In this document: positions 26,977-39,275 of the stretch, one piece after another
How positions within the stretch are numbered: position 1 is the first letter of the stretch
Layout of the letters: every line of letters begins with the position of its first letter
Assembly: GCA_028023455.1 (NCBI GenBank)
Contig: JAQFVV010000004.1
Span: 21,824,001-21,888,000 of the forward strand
Reading direction: 5' to 3'
Length of the DNA: 64,000 nt
Origin: Epiperipatus broadwayi
Taxonomy: Eukaryota > Animalia > Onychophora
The notes under the pieces: generated by a model
Databases searched by the model: none
What the model saw: the letters and a program-made list of their open reading frames with translations, nothing else
Told to the model about the DNA's origin: nothing
Translations under genes and position numbers: made by a program

Positions 26977-28070
26977 TAAGTATTAATCAGTTTTATGGAT
27001 TATAAAATTGAGATTTATATAAGTAAAACTATAAATAAATAATTGTAAAAGAATGAAAAAAAAATTAGTCAAAATTTTTATTTTAATTATTATTTTGTTA
27101 TCAAGGTTGGTTTTATTTTTAGTATATAAGATAATTAATTTTATACTTATTGAATTTTTCTGCCTATAAATATTTATTAAGTTGGTATTAAAACATTGTT
27201 ACTTAACATTTGTTGTATTAAGTTACTTTATTATATTTGTGTATTAAAATATAATACTATATATATATTTAATGCAAAATTGTAATAAAAGAAAGTTTTG
27301 TATTTTAAATTATAATGCTTATTTAATTAGGGATAAATTTAATTTTGCATAAAATATCACCACTGAATGTCTTTACTGTTTTTTTCTTTAATAATTACAA
27401 TTGTTTTCAGCAGATGGTGACAAAATAAATTATTCTAATAGATCATTGTTTGTCCAATCTTTTAAAAATTGTTTACTGCTATTATTATTATTATTATATG
27501 ATTAATTGTTGTGCAAAACATCTGTTTATTAATTATATCTAATGATACATTACAATTGTTAGGGCTGCTTTAGTCTATAGTAATTTATTTTGATATTACA
27601 CTTCCTGCTAATTTATCATCTGTTATGTGTTAACAAAATAAGTGATTTAGATTTTACAAATTTGCAGTTAGTGTGGGTTTGATTGGGAAGCTATGCTGCT
27701 TCTTTTCATTGTGCTTTTTTAAGAAATATTTTCAAAATTTGTATTCCCACAAATGCATTTCCTAATGTTACCAAATGGATATTATGAATAGTAAAGTTTT
27801 GAGTATTGCTCTGAATTTCAATATTTTATATTAATATTTATGTGGCCATATTGATTTTAAAAAATGTTTTCTTTATGACGTCTATTATCAGACTTGAGTA
27901 GTATTGCCTTTGAATTATGTTTGATATAATTTAAAATTAAAGACATTGACAAAACTTTGGAATTGTAAAAAATAAAATTTCATTAAGATAAATATTTATT
28001 AGCAACTCTTCTTTTTTATTTGGGGGGGGGGGGGATATCCCTCAGATTAATAAAAATAGAATATCTACTA

Positions 28071-29142
28071 CCATGGTTCGCCAAAAATAAGACCATGTCA
28101 AAAAATAAGCCCTAGCGTGATTTTTCAGAATGCTTATAATATAAGCTCATGTTAATATCATAAGCTATATAGGCGGTTGATGGACATACCTGAATTATAA
28201 AGTAATAAGTGTATAAATAAACAATATTATTGACATTAATGCTTTAAATAAATGATAATATAAATTATATGGTTCCATTGTATTTTCTCATCGACAATTT
28301 TAGACAAATGTTATTCTATTTCTATAGAGAAACAATTTATCACAAGTCAGTATATTGGATAATTTTATTTTTATATTTTTAGGTACTTATTTTATTTATA
28401 TTTAACATTTAGATTTAGAATATTTGATTTAATTTTAGAGTTTCAGCATGGTAGCTTTTAAATGTTCAAGATAAAACAAAAATTAGTTTGATTTCTTAAA
28501 CTTTCTTTTTTTTTCTTGAAAGATTATTAAAATAATGGAAGTGATTTTAATAATCAAAGTTTAATTTAAATTAAATCATCAATCTTTCTCCGAAAGAAAA
28601 GTTTTTTAAAAGAATACCCAAACAGGACTATTATACAAGTAATTTGGAAAGTGTTTACAATGTGCACACTTGATAATGGATAGACGTGGTTGTGTCATAT
28701 GTGAATTGTCATAATTCAGTATGTTGTAATGGAAATACTAAATGTGCACTTGTAAATACAGAAACATTTTCTGAATTTTTGTGCTTGCATTTTTTTTTGT
28801 TGCTTTTGTGTGGACAAACCATTAACTGTAATCATTTTTGTTATCAGTTGTATCTCACAAGTTTTCAGTAAATGCTTGATTTAATGGTAAATTTAAACAA
28901 TTATTATTCTGATCACCAGATAAGATTAGTGCAAAAATAAAGAGCTATTCCAGCGAGTAGAAGAAAAGAATTGTCAGGTGCTCCTGGGATAAGAATCTTA
29001 CAGTTTTCTGTAAAGAGAAGTACTTGAATGAATGTACATTTTTGTATATGAAAAAATAAGACATTCCCTAAAAATAAGCCTATAGTATCTTTTGGAGCAA
29101 AAATTAATATAAGACTATGCCTTATTTTTTGGGGAAATATGG
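28071..29142 (-). mobile_element. pogo-like DNA transposon deletion derivative
   Basis: TA|CCATGGTTCGCCAAAAATAAGAC ... GCCTTATTTTTTGGGGAAATATGG|TA; internal minus-strand remnant IIKCAHCK resembles a transposase Cys-rich C-terminus. Confidence 0.7.
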
Positions 29143-29891
29143 TAGTTAAAACACTTTATCACTAAATTTTACATTTTAATTTTAAAGTTTTTGTAAATCC
29201 TTAAATAAATAACAGTTATTAAAAATATAATGTTTAGAATGTGTCAGTATATTCATAGACCAAAATAAGTCCAAATATATTAATATATTCCTAAAGAATC
29301 ATTTTAGCAAACTTGTAAACAAAGCCTGTTCTCACATTTATGTCAGTTCATTGGCCAGATTAAAAATAGCCACTTTTATTTGACCCACAAATTCTTAATT
29401 GGTATATAAACTAAGCATTAATATTATAAAAATGATTTTGCGATTATTGATCAAACCAGTTTATAGTTTCAAATAACAAATCAGATAAAATTCTAGTAAT
29501 TTTTTACCTGACAATTAAATTAATATTAATTTGAGAGAAGGTTATTTAGAAGTTTGTCATATTGATTCTTTAAGAATCTGACTTACGAATTGTAATAAAA
29601 TATTTACATTTACTTGGTCTGAGAGTATTCTAAACTTTATATATTTTAATATCCATGATTTATGTATGGACTTGTTATTTGAACTGTTAACTAATGATAA
29701 GATATTTGAATATACAGTCAGAAATATTTTATACTTGAGTAATCCATATTCAAATAAAGTAAGTGTAATTATGTTTTGGTTTAAGCCAGTAATTGAAATT
29801 TTTAACATTGATGAATCAAAAAAAAAATTGAGAATAAATCTTTCTTAGAATTCCTATAGAAGAAAAAAAAGATAATTCTGTATGTGTTTAA

Positions 29892-30170
<279 letters not shown>

Positions 30171-32863
30171 TAAATCAAATTTTGTTTTGTTTTGTGTGTA
30201 TGTGAGCTATTTTTTTACTAATCTTTAATAATTATGAATTTTTTTTTCTTTCTATAAACCATTTTTACAGATGTTTCATATACACTGAAGTTCAATAAAT
30301 TATTGATCTTCAATATTTATTTTATGTGTTTAATAAATGGAGAATATGGACTTTTTATCCAAAAATAGTCCTTTTTATTTAAATTATTATCAGAATAGTT
30401 GACTAAAGTTCTGTATTTTGATTTTATGAATGTGATTTCTAAATAGTTAAATGTCTTTATTGCAATTGTATATTAAATTGTTTTGAAAAGGCAACCAATC
30501 TACTTATTTTCCTATCGTGTTTACATCTAATTTTATTTGTTGATTTTCATATATCAAGTGTAATTGTTAAATACGATATGAATGAGGCTTAGTCAGCTTT
30601 TGATATTTTTCTCTCTTCAAAATCTAAAAATAAAGTATGCAATGTAACACTTTATAATGATGCTTTTCTGCATTATACACTAGTGCAACTAAATGTCACT
30701 CTGTTTACAATATTTGTATCTAATATTTTTTCAAATTATATAAAGTTATTAATTATTGTGTTCAATACCTTAGTGTTAATTAAATTGCATATATTGTATT
30801 TAATAAAAAGGAAAAATGGTTCTGGTGTTATTTTGTTAAGTATTTTCTTAATGTTAACTAAATTGCACATACAAATAATTTATGTAATAAAAAGAAAAGT
30901 GAGTCTGATTTTATTTTGTTAAGTGCTCATTCAATAAAATAGCCGCGAATGCCTTTTTACGAAAAAAAAAAAAAAAATTATTAAAAAAATACATAGAAAT
31001 TTAACACGAATGCAATTTTAGAATTAATGAATATAAATTTTTTTTTGAAATGTGTTTATTTATAAAATTATTTATTTTTGATTTCATATTTACAAAATTA
31101 GAAATATATATATCATTTTTAATTGTGTTTAATACTATATCCAGAAACCTCTCTTGGAAAATCTTGGCTGTAAATATGTCTTAATTAAATTGAAATTATT
31201 ATTGGCAGTTATAAAATTATATTCCTCAAACTAAATGCTATTAGTTAATATTAACATTTATTTCCATGACCATAAATTTATTCAGATATCTAGCATTTCT
31301 AAATATATATAAATTAATTATAATGAATAGAATTTAATGTTTTATTATTTATTAAATATGATTACATTTATGACCAAAATATTTTGGAAATAGCATTCCC
31401 TTGTTTTACATAGATGATTTACTTAAATGAAAAATTAGAAATAGTTACATTTAGTGAGCAAGATATGTGCATTGCTAATGTAAACTATACACTAAAATTG
31501 GCTCTCAAGCAATTAGAAAAACTATAAAAAATAAATTTTTTAAAAGAAATTATAAGTGTTATTTTTAAAAACAATTAAGAAGGTGATAGCCTTTATTCCA
31601 GAAATTAATTTTAAGGAAAAAATAATCTTATGAAAACGAATTTAGAGTTATATTAATTAATTATTTTAAATTTAGTTACTTTATTCATTAATACAATATT
31701 GTTTAGTTGTTTTTTTCTTCTAGAAATTCCTTGTCAATTTTGTCATAAATATTTTTTTAAATGAGTTAATAAAATAATTAATGAAATACGAATAATTATT
31801 GAAATTAATTGTGTTAATAAAATAATATTATGGTAAAGAAAGTATCTTTTGGCCAATATGCTGTATGTATTTGTGAATGGGGAAAAGCCTAATTCATTTA
31901 ACAACAAATTTCACTTAATGACAACCCATTCTTCATTAAATATGAATTATTAGTGTATGTATTTAATTTATTGTTCAATTATATATGCTAAGTTTTCTTA
32001 TAAGCTTCAATCTAATTTTTTTAAAATTTCTGATATTTAAAAGGAATGATGTACATTTAATAATATGAAATTTTAGTCTTTTATCTTATCTTTTCAAATA
32101 CGTGCCCATTCAAATGTATATATATTGGGTGGCCACAATTGGAGATCTGTAAATAATTTGTCTAATTTTTTTTTGTTCTCTGTAAATTTCTGTAAATTAA
32201 TCATTTTTTTAAATTTCCAACATGAATTCTATATTAACAGTAAATAATCACTCTGAGATTGTGGTGACATATTTAGGATCCTCACCTAGAGAAATTGCTA
32301 AGGAGACTTTCTTATCTTAATCTGGTAGCAGTCAGTACAGATATTTTAAGAATAATATAAAGATAATGTATTTAGCTTTTCCAAAGTGCTTCAGTATTAA
32401 AAGCTACTAATTTGTTTATTTAATAACATTAATCTAGACTTTTAGAATGTCTTATATTTAAATAGTAGATCTATAATTACTAGGGCTTGGTAATTTGATA
32501 GAATTAATTAGTTTAAAAACGTACTTCAAAGTATTTTATTAATAGTCATGTCCAAGTATAATATTTCAATTAAAAAAGGAAACATTTTGTTTATAGTAAA
32601 CAGAATATATTATTTAAATCGCAAAGATGAAATGAGATTCGAAAGTCATTATTTAAATAACATCTAGACTAATAATATACTTTATATTTTGAAGTATATG
32701 CATCTAAATAATAGCAAAATTACATATATTTGTTATGTGTATATATGCATTTAAAAAAAAACTCCATACATTTTGAGTATAATATTGTATAATCACTGAT
32801 TTTTGTTTTATTTTTTAAATTTTGTTAACTATTGCATGAATAATTTACTAAATTATCTTTTAG

Positions 32864-32935
32864 GTGAAGGAGAATTAAGTAGTGGAGAAGAAAGTGGTAA
32901 AGATTGGGATGAACTAGAAGAAGAAGCGGCTATAG
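32864..32935 (+). CDS. Spt16: Spt16 exon
   Basis: tttag|..|gtaatg; 72 nt, phase-compatible; EGELSSGEESGKDWDELEEEAAI contains the conserved GKDWDELEEEA motif. Confidence 0.96.
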
Positions 32936-33343
32936 GTAATGTCAAGATAATGAATTTTATGTAAATAATTATTATGCTAAATTTATCTGTGAAAACATGA
33001 GGTGAAGTAAAAATATGTTAATAAAGTCTCAAAATTTTGAAAAGAAAAAAAAATTGCTTGAATAGACTATTTTCATCTTCTAGTGTGATCTGAAAGTCAT
33101 GATTAGCATATAAATTCATTATTAAAAAATGCTAAAAGAATTGATTAAATTTATATTTTTTTTTAGAGATTATTAAGTTGATTCATGTTAAAATAATCAT
33201 ATATGTAGTATTTCTTGAAAACAATGGTTTTTTTTTTTTTTAATGTTTTATTGCATTTTTATAATAGAATAAATGAATGTAAAATTTTTAAATTTAAAAT
33301 TTTAACTAGAATGACGAGTTGCTATATTGAGTTTTTATATATA

Positions 33344-34841
33344 CACCTGCGTCTTGTTTTATGCGGTAGATAGGTTCCGCAGAAAACCAGCATTAAAAAA
33401 AATTGCACAAAAATAAACTTAACTTACCTTGAAAAATGAAAGATGGGTTCCAAAATTTCAAAAATCGCATAAAAGCAAAGCAACAACATAAACTTACTTT
33501 AAAATTTGCATAAAAAAAATAAGGAAATAAAGTATGACTAATAAAAAAATCTCAAATATTTGGAAAAAATTGATATACAAGACAAACTTTTTTTACTTTT
33601 TTTTTATTAACTATTTAATTTTATTCAAAACAATATGTTTTTATGTGTAATTTATTTCACATTTTTTCATACATATTTTAATCATTATTGCTATTTGACA
33701 ATATGCAGTTCATTTGTCAACTGGTAAGAAATCAGATTCGTTGTGGTGTGATGTGATGCACTGTGACTTCTCCTTAAATGTAATCGATGATTAAACTTTG
33801 AGACAATGATTTTACTAATTGTTTATGAAGCTCACAATATCCATACTACTATATCTAGCTGTTAGAAAATGCACTTCCACTAGTGAAACTCTATATATAT
33901 AACATGCTTCCATGAGTGTGTTAATAATGACTAATGGTTAAATTTTCTTTTATACACATATATACACATGGAGAAACTTTTAGACAGGAAAAAGTTACAA
34001 GTAAAAATATTTAAACACTTTTAAAGATACGTTCTTTTTAAGTAGAAATTAAAAGTTCTTAAATATTTTTAATTGTAAATTTTTTCTGTCTAAAAGTTTC
34101 TCCATGTACATTACATATGTGTATAAAAGAAAATATAAACACATTTTAAAGATACATTCTTTTTAAGCAGAAAATAAAAGTTATAATAACTTTTTTCTGT
34201 CTACAAGTTTCTCCATGTATATATGTGTATAAAAGAAAATATAAACATACACATACATAACACAGACATACAACTACTATTTAGCTCTCGTTGGAATTTA
34301 AGAGCTTGTTCATTGCAGCATACTGAGATATCAGCATTTTCTGACGTTTTTCTTTGTCTCACACATCATAAATATGAAAAAAAAATGAGATCGCAATCCA
34401 AATAAAAAGATTATAAGTTATCATTTCTAGAAAGATTATTTTCAGTTTACAAAATCAAAATCTTTGTTATTTCGGATTATTTTTAAAAATCTAAAAGAAT
34501 ATTTATTTATTTCTGTTATATCTAATGAAATATGTTTTAAAAGTTTAAAATATACTCGTAAGTATAAGTAGATTGTTTACCCAGAAGCTAAGTTTCTAAA
34601 TAGCTTCAGGCCATATTCATGTTAGCTGCTAATATAAAGTTATATTTTTGAAGAAAAAAATGTATTTCAAGTCAAAATAAGTTATTAATAATTTATATTT
34701 GTTGATATCTAATAAATATAGTGAAATATGAACTTCTTTATCGCATAAAAGAAAACGCATAAAAAGATATTAAGAAGAAACATGAATCGCATAACTTCAA
34801 AATCTCATTAAAAAAAATCTGCATACTACGAGACCGGGGTG
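33344..34841 (+). mobile_element. same MITE family, copy B, with an enlarged core
   Basis: ta|cacctgcgtcttgttttatgcgg ... gcatactacgagaccggggtg|ta. Confidence 0.85.
33942..34246. repeat. small inverted-plus-tandem repeat inside MITE copy B
   Basis: 33942-33993 is the reverse complement of 34079-34134 and 34191-34240; spacer taaac..ttttaaagatac..aaaagtt is repeated at ~34012 and ~34136. Confidence 0.85.
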
Positions 34842-35813
34842 TATATATAATTATTAAATCGTTACCTATATAAGTTTATTTATTTTTTGTTTAAAATGTT
34901 TATTTTCATGAAATAAGTGACTGTCATTATTTATAATTGTATTAAAAATATATCAATAAGTTCATTATGCCATTGGGGGAAAAAAAATCTCTTAATAAAC
35001 TGAAAATTATGAATCTTATAAAAAGATAAGAATTGGGTTTTATCTCATTCACTTCAGATACAATTATTTTAATATTGAAATATGCTCTTTTAATACCTAC
35101 TTTATATAAGTAAAATTTTATTATTATGAAGTTCTTGATTTTTCATTTTAGCCTTATAAATTTAGCAAATTTTACAAATTCTAAAAAAAATCATTCAAAT
35201 ATGGTACTTGTAATGATGAATGTGAAAAATGTTTAAAAGATATTTCTATATTATTAATTCAAGAAAGAATTACAAATTATTTGCTTTAATATGTTATACA
35301 TTGAGAATCAATATTTATTATTCATATAGCATTTGGTTAAACTGTTCTGATTTTTAAACAATTCAATTTTTTTTTTTTTTTTAAGAGTGTGATGCAATAA
35401 AATAGGCGATATATCATAATAATTGATAGATTAATGCCAGGTTATTAGAAGCTTTTATTGCCTTGATTTTTCTGTTGCTATTTTTTTTTTTTTTGAAGGT
35501 AAAATTTTAGTTCTATCTTCCAAACTTTTGACTTAAACATATCACACCTTGAAAAGCAATATTATACAGATATTTCTATAAAATAGGTATAAACACAAGT
35601 TTGTAACAATTTAACTTATTCATAAATGAATGAGCTACGAAAATTGTATTCTTTGAATATTTTTATAATTCCATCATCACTGATCTCAAAGGTGTCTGTA
35701 TATTTGAAATTTTTGAATTTGAGCAGAATAAATATTCTATCTATTAATTTATTCATAATATTAATAGAATTAAGCTTTGGACTAAAAAATAGTAATTTCC
35801 TTATTACAGAATT

Positions 35814-36320
35814 GTAATCAATGGATGCAGGAAGGTTTGTGCATAAAATCCCTATCTAGTGCCTACTCATCCAATATCCTCAGATTAGTCTTTCTTGCTT
35901 GTGCCTTTCATCTAACAGCACTGCACCTAGATCTTAGATCTAATGCAATCCTCCAGCAGCCACCTTTTATTTTATTAGCTAACTATAAAGCTTTTAGTCC
36001 AAAATGAAAACATACTGGAGTCCGAAATAAAAACATTAATGTTTTCATTTTGGACTCAAAGCTTTATAGTTAGCTGATAAAGTGGCTGCTGAAGCATTGC
36101 ATTAGATCCTAAGATCTAGATCCAGTACTCTCAGATCCAAGACTCATCACTGATGAAAGCCACAAATTAGAAACTAGTCTGGGGATATTAGATGAGTAGG
36201 CACTAGATAGGGATTTTATGCACAAACCTTCCTCCATCCCTTGATTTTTCTGGCTTGCACTAAGTGGTGCTACTGTATGGGAGAGTTTTGCCTCTGTGTT
36301 TTAAGCTTTTTTGTGTAAAC
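35814..36320. mobile_element. non-coding fold-back repeat with a hammerhead-like motif (pLTR/retrozyme-like family, here called H)
   Basis: Arms 35814-36013 and 36039-36245 are reverse complements; the right arm has CTGATGA-aagc-cacaa-atta-GAAAC-TAGTC-tgggga at 36150-36185. Confidence 0.7.
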
Positions 36321-36475
36321 TTTTGATATTTTTTATGTTGGACTTATTTATTTTGAGAAATAGCACACAGGAAAAGTAGATTTGTTAAATAGTTGTTACA
36401 TTTTCATTTACCATTGTCAAACTCCCTTGACGCCATCCATTTTAGATAAATATAATAATTATTACTAATCATTAT

Positions 36476-37157
36476 CGAAACCAGAGATTATCTCTAACAC
36501 GGTTATAAACTTTAAACCTCAGTTAAAGAATCTATAGTAATAATATAATTTTATTTCTCTGAATCCAGTTTAAGATTTCAGCTGACCATCTAACATCATC
36601 TCTTTTGGCAATATGTCCTGCTCATTTCTACTTCATTTACTTAATTCTTCCAAATTATGTCAAACATACTTCTTCTCTCACTAAGATATTTCGTTTTTGA
36701 TCCCGAAACCAGAGATTATCTCTAACACGGTTATAAACTTTAAACTTCAGTTAAAGAATCCATAGTAATAATATAATTTTATTTCTCTGAATCCAGTTTA
36801 AGATTTCAGCTGACCGTCTAACATCATCTCTTTTGGCAATATGTCCTGCTCATTTCCACTTCACTTACTTAATTCTTCCAAATTATGTCAAACATACTTC
36901 TTCTCTCACTAAGATATTTCGTTTTTGATCCCGAAACCAGAGATTATCTCTAACACAGTTATAAACTTTAAACTTCAGTTAAAGAATCCATAGTAATAAT
37001 ATAATTTTATTTCTCTGAATCCAGTTTAAGATTTCAGCTGACCGTCTAACATCATCTCTTTTGGCAATATGTCCTGCTCAGTTCCACTTCACTTACTTAA
37101 TTCTTCCAAATTATGTCAAACATACTTCTCTCACTAAGATATTTCGTTTTTGATCCC
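36476..37157. repeat. tandem triplication of a 228-bp unit (228, 228, 225 bp)
   Basis: Units start with cgaaaccagagattatctc at 36476, 36704 and 36932; near identical. Confidence 0.97.
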
Positions 37158-38300
37158 TTTTTGTTACTCCTAACATATATCTCCTGATACTTCGGTGAGT
37201 GATTTGAAATTTCTGTATTGCTCTTCTGTTACGTGTCCATATTTTAGATCCATAAGTAAGAACTGATAATACACATGTATTAAAAACCTTTTTAAACATA
37301 TAGGCATATTTTCATATAATATTAAATCTTTTTTACTAAAAGCATTCCAAATAAATTTAATTCTATGATTAATTTAATCCATCTGACCAAGGTATTTGTA
37401 GTTGTTAACTTCTTCTAATTCATCGTTAATAGAGAAAATCCATTGAATATTAGTCTTTTTTGCAATTTACCTTTAGTTCAATTTTTTTTGTCTGATAGTT
37501 CTTGTAACATTTTCTAAAATCCCGAGGCATTATTTAAAAAACCAATAACATCATCTCAAAATCTAGATGACTTTAATAATTCTCCATTTATTTTTTAATC
37601 CCTTAGTTCCCTATTTTAATCCACAAAGTACTATTTGTGAAAGTGTTGTAAAATGTTTTGGAGTTAAAGTGTCACCCATTGCACACTCTTTTCACTGTTA
37701 ATCTTCTTAGTATCACTATGTAAGCTGACCTTTGTTGTTGTATTTCGATAAATATTTCTGAATGGTCTAAAGCTGCCTTAATCACAGGGGAAATGCTTAT
37801 ACAATCACATCTCTTTTCATAATCTTCAAATCCAAAGAATAATGACAACTCATATTCACTGATTCTATCTATAATTTCTCTCAATAGTTGGATATAATTG
37901 ACTAAGCCAAAATCACATTGAAATCATACTTGTTCTGCTGGTTGGTTAAAATCCAAAGTTTTGCTGTAGATAAGTTGTAATAATTTAGTAAAAATTTTGT
38001 ATAGAACATAAAAAGACTGAAAGATTTATAATTTCTAAAACTTTTCTTTATCATATAGTACTGCATTCTTCCAATTATTTGATACATCTTTGCCAAAAAT
38101 TTTTTTATTTCTTCATCTGCATCTTTTAAGATATCAATTATAATTCCGTCATTACGTGAAGCTTTTCCCTTTTTCATAGATTTAATTGCATGTCTCATTT
38201 TTTAAGCAATTCAGATGTAAATGTAAGAATTTTTTTCTTCTTGTTCTTTATTGCTATATAATTCTTTATAGAAAATTTTCACATCTTTCATGATATCTCT

Positions 38301-39023
38301 TTTTTTTTTTTTTTATTGATCCAAACAATTTTTTTTTTTTTTATTAAAACCACTATAACATCACATGATCACCGCATCTCCTATGCTTACACAAACTGTT
38401 AATACAATAACCAACTCTTCATACAGTATTGCCACTCAATACAAACCTTAGTAATCAATGGATGCAAAAAGGCTTGTGCATAAAATCCCTATCTAATGCC
38501 TATTCATCCAATATCCCCAGACTAGTTTCTAACTTGTGGCTTTCATCAGTGAGGGACTTTGCAGCTGAGAGCACTGTACCTAGATATTAGGATCTAATGC
38601 AACCACCAGGAGCCACATTTTACCTCTTTAGTTAACTATAAAGCTATGATTCCAAGATGAAAACAATATTTTCAATCCAAGCTCATTCGCTGACATATAG
38701 ATCTGAACCTATTTCAATATCTCCTTTTTGGTATCTTTGCCAAAGTTAGAAACTAGTCTGGGAATATTGAAAGAGTAGGCATTAGAAAGATATTTTATGC
38801 ACAAGCTTTCTTGCTTACATTGATTATTAAGGGTTGCACTGGGTGGCACTACTGTATGAAGAATTTGCTACTGTATTAGCTTGTGTAAGGATAGGAAGTG
38901 ATGATTATGTGATGTTATAGTGGTTTTATACTTAATCCTGTTGATTGTGGTTTTTGCTATTTTGGTGTCTTTGCCACAAGCTAGAAACTAGTCTGGGCAT
39001 TTTGGATGAGTAGGCATTAGACC
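38301..39023. mobile_element. family H composite insertion (inverted plus tandem copies, poly(A) tails) inside an RTE LINE
   Basis: 38345-38555 is the reverse complement of 38742-38930; hammerhead-like motif at 38513-38556(-); a further partial copy at 38960-39023; the minus copy ends in AATAAA+A-run twice (38301-38343). Confidence 0.72.
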
Positions 39024-39203
39024 TTTTCTGTTCAATATATATAAAACAATTTGCAAGTTCTAATGTAAATTCATTGGAATGTTTCTGAAGGTTAAAAATA
39101 TCAACTGTGAATACTGTTTTTCTCATTAATGTTTGTCTCTCTAGTTTTGCCTTAACATGTCATATCTTACATCTCACTAATCAATAATTACTTCCTGTGT
39201 TAA

Positions 39204-39275
39204 ATGGAAGCATCCAAATGAAGATAGAGCAAAGTATAATCCACCTTTGCTCTACCTTCATTTGGATGCTTCCAT
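39204..39275. repeat. 31-bp-stem hairpin with a 10-nt loop
   Basis: atggaagcatccaaatgaagatagagcaaag / ctttgctctaccttcatttggatgcttccat; one mismatch. Confidence 0.95.

Noticed and set aside
28022-28034. G-homopolymer (also C-runs near 47911 and 52066)
   Set aside because: Simple homopolymers with no supporting structure
30776-30930. Two ~75-bp diverged tandem units (similar ~40-bp pair near 24340-24410)
   Set aside because: Ordinary old local duplications with no further signal
32123-32140. tattgggtggccacaa, resembling a mariner TIR
   Set aside because: No matching inverted partner found
36476-37157. CRISPR-like or other repeat-spacer array
   Set aside because: Whole 228-bp units are repeated with no unique spacers, in a eukaryotic LINE context; no CRISPR array was seen anywhere in the window
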